Of a stretch of 64,000 nucleotides of DNA, positions 1 to 8,618 are shown in pieces (within the stretch, counting starts at the first letter, position 1; the number at the start of each line of letters is the position of its first letter). The notes beneath the pieces were generated by a model that was not told the DNA's origin, made no database searches, and saw only the letters and a program-made list of their open reading frames with translations. This DNA comes from a virus: IMG/VR virus record IMGVR_UViG_3300020438_005287, positions 5,661 through 69,660 of that record; one strand, 5' to 3'. Made by a program: the position numbers and the translations under genes.

Positions 1-666
1 TAATTGCGTTATAAATCTAGGCAAGAGTTGTAAGAAAAATCCAGATCTTGGAACATTGGTTTTATTTGCTGCTCCAGCATGCCACATAGCTCCAAAATAT
101 AAAACTAAATCACCTGGCTCAGATATTATTTGCTTACAATTATCCCAAAATGTTATATCAGGATATTGACATTTCTTTTGCGATCCTGGATAATATAACG
201 TGCCACCATTTTCTTGTGTAAATTCTGTTAAACACACAATAGCTTGTAAATTCAGAGGAAAAGATGTATTTGCCATAGATGACCATCTATCCTTATATCG
301 CAAAGCTAGATACGGATAATCTAAATGAGGTTCTTGTGTTATATAACCTGGCATCAGTGTTAGTGATGTCATTGATCCTAAATGATATCCACCACCTAGC
401 CACTTCTTAGCAACTTTATCTATGTAATCAGATTGTACAATATGCCAAATTTTTTCATCTAACTGTATTAACCTTGAAAAATTAATACGCTGTCTTTTAT
501 TGCCTACACCAGAATTGTATAAATCTATTGATTCTGTTTGTATAGTGTTTCTATAATCAGCAATAACATCTTGTGGGAAAACTTGTTTGATGTGAACTAA
601 TCCATCACCATGCATAAGTTCATTTATTATTACATCGTCATTAAAATATTGTTTATCAATAATCAT
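1..666 (-). CDS. Phytanoyl-CoA dioxygenase (PhyH)-like 2OG-Fe(II) oxygenase, 3' end truncated by the window edge
   Basis: Not in the ORF track; translated by hand from ATG at 666: MIIDKQYFNDD...QEPHLDYPY...LTEFTQENGGTLYIPGSQ...PGDLVLYFGAMWHAGAANKTNVPRSG. Shows the HxD...H triad, the NGGT..IPGS motif and a distal Arg. ATGA overlap with the stop of the upstream gene. Confidence 0.85.
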   Translation of the reverse strand, partial: MIIDKQYFNDDVIINELMHGDGLVHIKQVFPQDVIADYRNTIQTESIDLYNSGVGNKRQRINFSRLIQLDEKIWHIVQSDYIDKVAKKWLGGGYHLGSMTSLTLMPGYITQEPHLDYPYLALRYKDRWSSMANTSFPLNLQAIVCLTEFTQENGGTLYYPGSQKKCQYPDITFWDNCKQIISEPGDLVLYFGAMWHAGAANKTNVPRSGFFLQLLPRFITQL

Positions 667-1412
667 ACTTTTATCTGTTTTATAACAAACGCAGGAAAAT
701 CCCATTCCCACGGTTTTTCTTTTGTATTCCAATTATTTGGATATTGATGATGATTATTGTGCCACCCTTCACCAATAGTAAGAATATTCGCTATCCAGCT
801 ATTTGTAGATTTATCATTTGTGTTGTAAGTTCTATATCCATGTGTATGAGTTACAAAGGACAAGATATATCCACTCATTAAACATAAAAAGTTTGGTATT
901 GCATATAAGCTAAAGAAAAAATAACTACCAAACGACAAATCTATAAATAAATAAGCACTTATGATGATACCATGCATCATAAAATAATTATAATGATAAA
1001 ATCGCAAAGTATCATTTCGTAATTCTTTTATAATCATTGCTTTTCTAATAGGCACTTTCCATAATCCAAACACAATTCTCCATATATTATTAGTATGGGG
1101 GCTGTGAATATCCTTGTCTGTATCAGCATAAAGATGATGATATCTATGTTGTCCGACCCATGAAATTACGCTACCTACACCAATATAATGAGAGAAAAAC
1201 GCTAAAACTTTTTCCCAGAGTTGACTTGTCGTAAATGTATTATGTCCGTAGTACCTGTGGAGCCCTACATTGCCACCTAAAGTGACTAATATCACATACA
1301 TTATTAATGCAAATAATATCCATTCGTAGGACAAAACAAAGCATCCTATAACAGTAGAAATGAAAAATATATATTGTAAAATTCTAGTTTTCAACCCTAA
1401 ATTATTAAGCAT
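663..1412 (-). CDS. Membrane fatty-acyl desaturase (delta-9/DesC-like)
   Basis: Three His boxes HRYYGH, HRYHH and HNNHH, plus GEGWHNNHH, D.HSPH and hydrophobic segments. Start placed at ATG 1412 rather than 1436, which would overlap the divergent gene. Confidence 0.9.
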   Translation of the reverse strand: MLNNLGLKTRILQYIFFISTVIGCFVLSYEWILFALIMYVILVTLGGNVGLHRYYGHNTFTTSQLWEKVLAFFSHYIGVGSVISWVGQHRYHHLYADTDKDIHSPHTNNIWRIVFGLWKVPIRKAMIIKELRNDTLRFYHYNYFMMHGIIISAYLFIDLSFGSYFFFSLYAIPNFLCLMSGYILSFVTHTHGYRTYNTNDKSTNSWIANILTIGEGWHNNHHQYPNNWNTKEKPWEWDFPAFVIKQIKV

Positions 1413-1427
1413 ATAAATATTTATATG
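1410..1427. promoter_or_regulatory. Bidirectional T4-type late promoter: perfect palindrome CATATAAATATTTATATG
   Basis: TATAAATA on + at 1412-1419 and on - at 1418-1425; each box ends 5 nt before the ATG of a divergent gene. Confidence 0.7.
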
Positions 1428-1916
1428 ATGTTTCATAACAACGATTACCTGTTGAGCTTTTCTGTACCAATTAATACTTCTATCTTACTCAATGAATACA
1501 ATAGTGTTAAAGAGAATGCTGTTGATTACTCTGATCATAGACCGAGAGCATCTTTTAATAATTGGAAAATGGTAAAACATGATTTTCCATATGCAAAAGA
1601 ATTAATTAAATTTTTTAGACTTGAAAAATTTGATGTTCGTCCTAGATTTTACTTGTTAAATAAAAATACATTATTAAAACAACACGTAGACAATGGAACA
1701 CTATGTTCTTTGAATTTTATATTATCCTATGAGAATGCACCTATAAACTTTCGAGAAAAAGAATTTATTTACAAATATGCTCTTATAAATACCCAATCAC
1801 ATCACGGAGTTAGCCATCCATCTCCTGAAGATAGAATACTATTCAAATTAAGTGTTATGGATTTGTCATATCACAAAACAAAATTAATAATAGAAGATGT
1901 ATTATCAAACACTTAA
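1425..1916 (+). CDS. Putative 2OG-Fe(II) oxygenase (DSBH/cupin fold)
   Basis: LKQHVD...SLNF...INTQSHHGV...DRILFKLS gives the HxD...H...R pattern. Confidence 0.6.
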   Translation: MMFHNNDYLLSFSVPINTSILLNEYNSVKENAVDYSDHRPRASFNNWKMVKHDFPYAKELIKFFRLEKFDVRPRFYLLNKNTLLKQHVDNGTLCSLNFILSYENAPINFREKEFIYKYALINTQSHHGVSHPSPEDRILFKLSVMDLSYHKTKLIIEDVLSNT

Positions 1917-1956
1917 AAATATAGTTAATTGTAAGAGTTTATCTTTAATAACATAA

Positions 1957-2610
1957 CTAATCAAATAATAAAAAATCTTGATTACTATTGTTTACAAAAA
2001 TATCACAATTAAAAGTTTTACGCAAAAATGAAATTTCATAAAAAGAAAAAAAATGTTTACTTATTTCATTATAACATAATTCTGATATAGAAATTCTGTC
2101 ATTATCAATTAAGTAAAAATAATCACAATCTATATTAAGTCCTGTACAGTAACCATAATCTTTATATCTTTTATCAAAAACCCATTTTTTTATTTTAACA
2201 TTATCATTAGATACAAAAGATAATATTATCTTTTTAGATAAATTTTGTAAATAATTTATTGTTTGCTGAAAAGTAAAAAAATCAGTATGTGTAAATACGC
2301 TGTATGCAAAACAAATGTCAAATTTTTCTTCTAATATAGGAAAAGGCTCATTTATATTGCCTTCATTATACATAGGACTAAAACGATTATAGTGTATAAA
2401 ATGAGCATTTGGAAATTCAATTTTTCCTTGTTGTATTGCTTCTTTTTCTACATCAATACACGTATAATTTTCTTGTTTAATTTTACCTTGACTAAAATAC
2501 AATAAATTTCCCCTGTTTCCTCCATAATCTAATATTTTTTTATTTGTATAATTTCCAGCAAATTTTTCAAACAAACTAAATCTATTTGTGCTGTGATTTC
2601 GTGGATGCAT
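1957..2610 (-). CDS. Class I SAM-dependent methyltransferase
   Basis: Motif I ILDYGGNRG, acidic CIDVE, and FDICFAYSVFTH. Confidence 0.85.
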   Translation of the reverse strand: MHPRNHSTNRFSLFEKFAGNYTNKKILDYGGNRGNLLYFSQGKIKQENYTCIDVEKEAIQQGKIEFPNAHFIHYNRFSPMYNEGNINEPFPILEEKFDICFAYSVFTHTDFFTFQQTINYLQNLSKKIILSFVSNDNVKIKKWVFDKRYKDYGYCTGLNIDCDYFYLIDNDRISISELCYNEISKHFFSFYEISFLRKTFNCDIFVNNSNQDFLLFD

Positions 2611-2621
2611 AGTTTATTAAT

Positions 2622-3416
2622 TTAAATTGTAATTATTTTAGATACAGGACTTCCATGACTTTTTGCTTGACCTGGTCTTCTTTTTTCGTAAAAGTGCACT
2701 TCTGTAATTTCTTCATTTAATATTCTTCTTTTTGTTTCCTGACATCTTACGCCTGTCCATCTTGTTTTATCTTCTTTACCAATACATAATAATATAATAA
2801 TGTTTTCATTATCATTTAAGTAAATATTGCCATTATTATTTACTAAATTATTATCATGTATTCCACCAATACCTACAAATGCAGTATCATATCCTAATTC
2901 TTGAGCTTTCAACTGTGCCCAACTACAAGATAACATGCAATCTCTTATTACGGTTGTTAATAATGCAATACGATTATTTTTCACCAAATTTTCAAGAGTA
3001 TATCTATCCATTTGATCTCTAGTAGTGAAAAATAAATCTTTTTTATTACTATCTGCTATCCATTGTCCTACAAATGCAAGCACTAAGGGAGCTTCTAGTT
3101 GTTTAAGTTGTTGAACATTTTTAATTTTCGGTGTGGTAATATACGACCGATCGAAGTCGTAAGAATTTACTTGTTTATCTTTATCAATATTCCATGTACA
3201 TACACAAACATTTTCACACAGATGTTTTTTAAATTTCTTACCGTCTTCAGTGTCGGTAATAACCATTATATTATATGGATTTAGGCAATTTTTACTAGGA
3301 GCTTTCATAGCTGCCTCAACAATTAGATTTGTATGTTCCTCTCTAACAACATTATCTAAAAATAATCTAACAGTATGTCTTGTATCAAATAAGTTATCTA
3401 TCATCTGTGTAAACAT
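2622..3416 (-). CDS. Nitroreductase-family flavoprotein
   Basis: N-terminal RHTVRLF, AAMKAPSKNCLNPY, AQELGYDTAFVG and C-terminal LCIGK. Confidence 0.8.
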   Translation of the reverse strand: MFTQMIDNLFDTRHTVRLFLDNVVREEHTNLIVEAAMKAPSKNCLNPYNIMVITDTEDGKKFKKHLCENVCVCTWNIDKDKQVNSYDFDRSYITTPKIKNVQQLKQLEAPLVLAFVGQWIADSNKKDLFFTTRDQMDRYTLENLVKNNRIALLTTVIRDCMLSCSWAQLKAQELGYDTAFVGIGGIHDNNLVNNNGNIYLNDNENIIILLCIGKEDKTRWTGVRCQETKRRILNEEITEVHFYEKRRPGQAKSHGSPVSKIITI

Positions 3417-3418
3417 CC

Positions 3419-3928
3419 CTAGCTATTTACACATCCTATTAAATGAATTCTTTGCTGTTTCGATCCATTAATAAATGTATGTGTTTCTGTTGTATTTATC
3501 TTGTAAACTTTTCCAACTTCCAAATGAAATCTTTGGCCATGTTCAGGAAAATAAAAAACACATTGTGGATCTGTAATGATAGGAATGTGTACTCGCCAAG
3601 TACCATCTTGATGGAAAGAATAACAAGTTTTTTGGTTTTTAACCATAACCCTAGTTCTAAACAAATTTAAATCACAAACAATTTTTTCAATTATAGTGTT
3701 TTTAAAAATTTGATTGAGAAATTTAAAATCCTGCTCAACAGTACCTTTAGGGTATAATTTCAAACTTTCTAAACCATCAATTAAATTCCAAGGATCTAGC
3801 ACATTTAATCTCGTTTGGACGCTAAAACCATCCATTCTCAACGGTAAATCCTTGTACACATAGCTATTTACAATTTTTAACAATTGATTTATATCTATAT
3901 TATAATTAATTACTTTTATTAATTCCAT
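3419..3928 (-). CDS. Aspartyl/asparaginyl beta-hydroxylase-like 2OG-Fe(II) oxygenase
   Basis: RTRVM...YSFHQD..WRVHIPIIT...HLEVGKVY..NTTETHTFINGS..RIHLI. Start at ATG 3928 behind an AAGGA SD. Confidence 0.75.
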   Translation of the reverse strand: MELIKVINYNIDINQLLKIVNSYVYKDLPLRMDGFSVQTRLNVLDPWNLIDGLESLKLYPKGTVEQDFKFLNQIFKNTIIEKIVCDLNLFRTRVMVKNQKTCYSFHQDGTWRVHIPIITDPQCVFYFPEHGQRFHLEVGKVYKINTTETHTFINGSKQQRIHLIGCVNS

Positions 3929-5033
3929 TTTTTTCCTTAGGAATTTTTGAATCAGCACTAGACACACAACTTTCAGTTATGCAAATTCGTGGTTTTTCTA
4001 ATATCTTAAAGCCAGTTTCAATATTACCTAACGGTGCATCATGACAACTGTAACTACGTTTTATACTTCCATCAGGTTCTCTAATAATTATACCTTGATA
4101 TCCTGCATTACATGTCCAGCCTTTAAATTTATTAAAATTAAATGCATTTAACCTCTCTGCTTGATCAATATACCATTTTTTTCCATTAGAATCTTCAAAT
4201 TCAACCTGCATATGCAAAGGCACTGACGCATCATTTTTTAACATACTACCTGGATGCAATGCAAATTTAGGTTTTGGCCTTGCTTGCCATTTCCGCTTAC
4301 TTTCTGTATAGGCACGCTGCGGCATACCATTCCACAATTTTTTTAATTGATCATCTGTATAACCATCAACTACACGACTTGCTGTAGGATCACTTTGAGG
4401 TTTTAGCGTTACATTTATTCCTTGTTCATGGAAAAAAAGTGCATTTTCCCAATCTCTGTCAAACCAGTCTGGCACCATTACTTGATTTATTGTAATTTCA
4501 ACATCATACTCTTGACATAAATTTAATTTATCTGCAAAATTTTGCATTTGTTCTTTAGTTCGAATATGCTCAGTATGTAAACTTGCGGTAATACTGGCTC
4601 TATGAAATTTTTTTGAATGTCCAATATATTGTTTGAACCATTTTATGGGTCTGGAACAATTACTTGTCATATGTATAGACGTAAAGTTAGTGCTGGATAC
4701 ATCATCTGCCAAATATTTTAATATATCCAAATAACCAGGATGAAATGTTGGTTCACCACCTGAGAGAGAAAAATGGAACGAATTATATCCGTTTTGTCTT
4801 GCTTGACGTTTGATTTCGTCTATAGTTTTTAAACATAACTCTGTAGGACGATGATCTTTAGTGTTGGATCTGGCATAAGGCCAACAATATGTGCAACGAT
4901 AATTACAATATCTACCTAACAACCAACTGACCGTAAATAAATCTCTGTATTTCAAAGTCCTTTGCCCAAAAGAAACTATATCATCAAAAGGTATTTTTGT
5001 AAAATCGTAATTAGACCAACTTAATTTTTCCAT
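3906..5033 (-). CDS. Radical SAM protein with C-terminal Twitch/SPASM-like Cys domain
   Basis: CNYRCTYC, SGGEPT, TSN, and C-terminal CNAG...GSIKRSYSC...LGNI...CITESC. Confidence 0.92.
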   Translation of the reverse strand: MEKLSWSNYDFTKIPFDDIVSFGQRTLKYRDLFTVSWLLGRYCNYRCTYCWPYARSNTKDHRPTELCLKTIDEIKRQARQNGYNSFHFSLSGGEPTFHPGYLDILKYLADDVSSTNFTSIHMTSNCSRPIKWFKQYIGHSKKFHRASITASLHTEHIRTKEQMQNFADKLNLCQEYDVEITINQVMVPDWFDRDWENALFFHEQGINVTLKPQSDPTASRVVDGYTDDQLKKLWNGMPQRAYTESKRKWQARPKPKFALHPGSMLKNDASVPLHMQVEFEDSNGKKWYIDQAERLNAFNFNKFKGWTCNAGYQGIIIREPDGSIKRSYSCHDAPLGNIETGFKILEKPRICITESCVSSADSKIPKEKNGINKSN

Positions 5034-5827
5034 TAGGAAAATTTCTTTGTAATATTAAATCGTATCCCGCCTTTTAATTTTGTGTTGCTATATTTATTAT
5101 TTCCTGTAACATGTGGTTGATACGGATCAAATAAAATTATGCTCCCTGGAATAAATGGCAAAATGTTTTCTATAATCATTCCATTATATGTATCTCTCGG
5201 TAAATGACATAAGCGTTTGTTATAAATCTCATCCGTAATATTATTGACATCTAATTCAATTTGTTTACCAAATTCATCAACCCAAGGCAATATATTGTAA
5301 TTATCAACATTTTTTTGATAAGTCATTTTTACATCGTTAACCTGATTACTAAAGTTACACTCCCATCCAAACAATCTGTTTCTAAAAAATACAATTTCAG
5401 CATGTGGAGTTGTTTGGGATTTACATACAAATAATGGCAAAATGAAACTTTTTACTGATAATTGATTACAATCAAAATATAAAGATGGATTACAGCTATC
5501 CATGTGTAATGCATAATTTGTTGCAGTAATATATCCATTTCCACTTAAATAATATTGATTTTCATTTAACCAAGGATACAATAATTTTAACTTTGGATAT
5601 AAAATTTCTGTATATTTATCTGTATCAAACTTTTCAAATTTCAATGTACCCCCATTATAGTGTCGATATCGAGAAAATGTTCTAAATAAATCAATAAAAA
5701 TTGTGTCTAACTCTTTATCTGTAAGAAAATTATTTACAACTGATGATTTTTCTAAATATGTAGATAGTTCATTCTCATGCTGTGTTGGCCATTTTTGTCT
5801 AGGTTGCATTGGAGTAATTTTTAACAT
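5033..5827 (-). CDS. Hypothetical protein, probable 2OG-Fe(II) oxygenase
   Basis: ALHMD...FILPL...PGSIILFDPYQPHVT...KGGIRF resembles an HxD...H DSBH enzyme. Confidence 0.5.
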   Translation of the reverse strand: MLKITPMQPRQKWPTQHENELSTYLEKSSVVNNFLTDKELDTIFIDLFRTFSRYRHYNGGTLKFEKFDTDKYTEILYPKLKLLYPWLNENQYYLSGNGYITATNYALHMDSCNPSLYFDCNQLSVKSFILPLFVCKSQTTPHAEIVFFRNRLFGWECNFSNQVNDVKMTYQKNVDNYNILPWVDEFGKQIELDVNNITDEIYNKRLCHLPRDTYNGMIIENILPFIPGSIILFDPYQPHVTGNNKYSNTKLKGGIRFNITKKFS

Positions 5828-6672
5828 ATTATTTGTATAGGAATATCATGTGATTCAACCAATTTGGTTGCATTTGTAAAAGATTCTAACCATGCAGAGC
5901 CAAAATTATAAATATATTTGTCCTTTGATTGTGTTATATTATAAATATCTTTTATTTGTTCTTCCATATTATTATTAATGGCTTTAATTTTTTCAATTGA
6001 TTTAGAAAAATTATAATTACTTACGTGTTGAATATATTTTAAATGTTCATTTGGTGTCGGATGACAATCATCAAAGTACTTATGAATTTTTTTGCAATCC
6101 GCTTTTTTATTTTCTAAATTATTATTCCATAAATATGCATAATAATCTTTAGGCATAATATCAATTATACTACTATATGTGTTTTTTAAAACATCTAATT
6201 TTTTGTTTACTACAATAGTATTATCAAATTGATCAAAAATATCAAAAGGATTAATCATACAAAGAAATTGTAAATTTGTTTTGCTTTTTAATAGCTGATA
6301 CACAAAATAAATTTGTGCATAATCTCGTAACAAACAATGTTCTATAGAATTATATTTTCGAACAAACTTTCTATCGTAAATCTGTTGTGTGCTTAAATTA
6401 CCTGGCAAAATCCATTCCTGTTTGCTTGTATATCTATCTTCTCTAAACACATTTGTCCAACAAATTACCACTAAATCATGTTTATTAAATTGGAAAAAAT
6501 TATCAGCTTGTGCAATTATGTTACTGATGTACATGTTACCAGCTCCAGATTTTCCAAAATTGTAATAAGTGCAATTTAGATCATACGCTATTATATCTGC
6601 CCAAGTAGGCCATTTATATTTTGTAAAACTACAACCAAAAGAAAAAAAACGATCTATAGAATCTTTATACAT
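5821..6672 (-). CDS. SGNH/GDSL hydrolase-like protein
   Basis: Block I-like FSFGCSFT, block II-like GKSGAGN, block V-like DCHPT. Start placed at ATG 6672. Confidence 0.55.
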   Translation of the reverse strand: MYKDSIDRFFSFGCSFTKYKWPTWADIIAYDLNCTYYNFGKSGAGNMYISNIIAQADNFFQFNKHDLVVICWTNVFREDRYTSKQEWILPGNLSTQQIYDRKFVRKYNSIEHCLLRDYAQIYFVYQLLKSKTNLQFLCMINPFDIFDQFDNTIVVNKKLDVLKNTYSSIIDIMPKDYYAYLWNNNLENKKADCKKIHKYFDDCHPTPNEHLKYIQHVSNYNFSKSIEKIKAINNNMEEQIKDIYNITQSKDKYIYNFGSAWLESFTNATKLVESHDIPIQIIC

Positions 6673-7357
6673 ATCTGCCAAATGCCCAGTATCTTTCCTT
6701 ACACCACCAACATTTTCCACAATGATTTTTATAATTATCTGTAACATCATGCATACCTTCGCAAGAATATGTTACGGGAAATAGTGTTTCCAGTGTATTA
6801 GTTTGTTTATATAATTCTGCAACAAATCGTTTATCAACACAATCAAATGGACGACTTGGCATTGGCTTATCTTTGATCTTATCTCTATCTATTACCCTCC
6901 ATTTTGTTAAAAAATCATGTTTTATCATCTCTTTTTCAGGTGGATTAGCTGTTACTCCATATACAAATTTAAAAGTGCCAACACTGTTTTCTTCTAATCT
7001 TCTGTGTAAATCCCTAACATGCTCCTTTTCCTGTTCAGAAGTTTGTTTTTCTAATTGATTTTTTGGTTGTGGATCTATGAAATGATACAAAAATACATTT
7101 TTTCCAAGTATTTCATTAATTTTGTCTATAACCAACCTAGACCTCCAGATATTCCAATTTTTTGGAAACGGTTGAGGATAAGGTCTTTCTCTCGTAAATG
7201 GCAATATCCTGGTATATGAAGTTGATTCAATTATATCCTTTGCGATTAAATATGTTAATATTGCACTATCAGCTCCTCCACTCAAAGAACACCCCAGCAC
7301 ATCTACATCAAGATCAGGAGTATAACAAAACCCATATCTATTTTCATACTTCATCAT
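6665..7357 (-). CDS. QueC-like (7-cyano-7-deazaguanine synthase family) PP-loop ATPase
   Basis: PP-loop SLSGGADS, RPF...DK, and Zn motif TYSC...HCGKCWWCKER. Confidence 0.75.
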   Translation of the reverse strand: MMKYENRYGFCYTPDLDVDVLGCSLSGGADSAILTYLIAKDIIESTSYTRILPFTRERPYPQPFPKNWNIWRSRLVIDKINEILGKNVFLYHFIDPQPKNQLEKQTSEQEKEHVRDLHRRLEENSVGTFKFVYGVTANPPEKEMIKHDFLTKWRVIDRDKIKDKPMPSRPFDCVDKRFVAELYKQTNTLETLFPVTYSCEGMHDVTDNYKNHCGKCWWCKERYWAFGRYV

Positions 7358-8618
7358 ATAAATATTCCTTTAAAATAGGTAGTGAACAATTTTTATATGT
7401 AAATCCTCTTATCAAATCTTGCTTGTTAATTTCATTTAACACGATATCTTTTAAATTTTTTTTATTGCCACTAGCAGGTAATATGTTTTCTACATACTTA
7501 ATTATATTCGAAAAACTAATATCACAAGTATAATCATTTGAATTTAGTTGAAGGTCATCATTTACAAATGTGTGTAATAATTTATTACGTACTGCTAAAG
7601 GTAGTAAATTTACACTCCAAGGACTGTTACTTGGTTTAAGACTTGTATCAAAATATATAAATTCTAAATTGTTATACTTTTTTTTATAGTAGTGAAACCA
7701 CGAACGTAAATTTGGTAGGCACTCAATATTTAAATTCATTACCAAACAAGATATATTAAATTTTATGTTTGGTAAGTTATCAATACTTGATAAAATTGTG
7801 TTTTCAAACGTTAACCATTTACTAGGCCAACGAATATAATCATAAATGTTTGATATTCCGTCTATACTATATTTTATCTGTGTGTTGTTTAACTTCTTTA
7901 AAATTGGTAAAAAATCTTTATGGATGACCGTACCATTTGTAGTAATTACAATGTATATATCTGGATTATATTTTGCAGCTAATGATAATATTTTTATAAA
8001 ATCTTTATTCAAAAAAGGCTCTCCGCCTGTAAATTTAAGCACTTTCAATGTTGTAATATTTTTTTGTATATATGTACTCAAAGTTTCATCAACAGTTTTT
8101 TGAAAACTTTTATTTACTCGCCATGCAGATGGAATATTTTTATCTTGTAAATCACTTACTAAATCAGATATTTTTGTGCTTGAATTCCCATTACACATAA
8201 CACAGGCTAAATTGCAAAAATTACTTGTTTTCAAATCAAAAAATATCGGCTGCGGATTTTCATAAAAATTTTTAGTTATATTTAAATTTCTTTTATTATC
8301 ATGATATTCACGCAAAGCTCCTAATCTTGGACTATCTAAATTTTTTTCTTCTTGTATCCAACATCTCTTACAAAGATTATTTTTTTGTCCAGTGATAAGA
8401 TCTGAACGCAATTGCGTCATTACTGCGCCATAAAACCAAGTATTCCATCTGGTATTCTCTACTGAATAATTACCTACAACATCAGCATTACAACATGGAG
8501 CGTATCTTCCACGAACATTATAAAAAGCATGAACAAAAGGTAACGGACATATAGTATCCATACAGTATTTAGAAATGTCTATATTTTTTAAATATTGATA
8601 AAATTTTTGTTTTGTCAT
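7344..8618 (-). CDS. Radical SAM protein with N-terminal Twitch-like domain
   Basis: CPLPF...PCC...CKRCW, then CNLACVMC, GGEP, TTNGT and SIDG..YIRWP. Confidence 0.92.
   Translation of the reverse strand: MTKQKFYQYLKNIDISKYCMDTICPLPFVHAFYNVRGRYAPCCNADVVGNYSVENTRWNTWFYGAVMTQLRSDLITGQKNNLCKRCWIQEEKNLDSPRLGALREYHDNKRNLNITKNFYENPQPIFFDLKTSNFCNLACVMCNGNSSTKISDLVSDLQDKNIPSAWRVNKSFQKTVDETLSTYIQKNITTLKVLKFTGGEPFLNKDFIKILSLAAKYNPDIYIVITTNGTVIHKDFLPILKKLNNTQIKYSIDGISNIYDYIRWPSKWLTFENTILSSIDNLPNIKFNISCLVMNLNIECLPNLRSWFHYYKKKYNNLEFIYFDTSLKPSNSPWSVNLLPLAVRNKLLHTFVNDDLQLNSNDYTCDISFSNIIKYVENILPASGNKKNLKDIVLNEINKQDLIRGFTYKNCSLPILKEYLYDEV

Noticed and set aside
1917-1956. Intrinsic terminators at the convergent junctions (1917-1956 and 19692-19714)
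   Set aside because: No GC-rich stem-loop followed by a U-tract is present.
3423-3431. TAAATA 7 nt upstream of the nitroreductase ATG as a late promoter
   Set aside because: It lies within the coding end of the upstream gene and the hexamer is common in AT-rich DNA; plausible but unsupported.
3906-7357. 7-deazaguanine DNA-modification operon (rSAM as QueE plus QueC)
   Set aside because: The 375-aa rSAM has an extra Cys domain and lacks the QueE R..GCN context; no queD, folE or dpdA is visible. Not excluded genome-wide.
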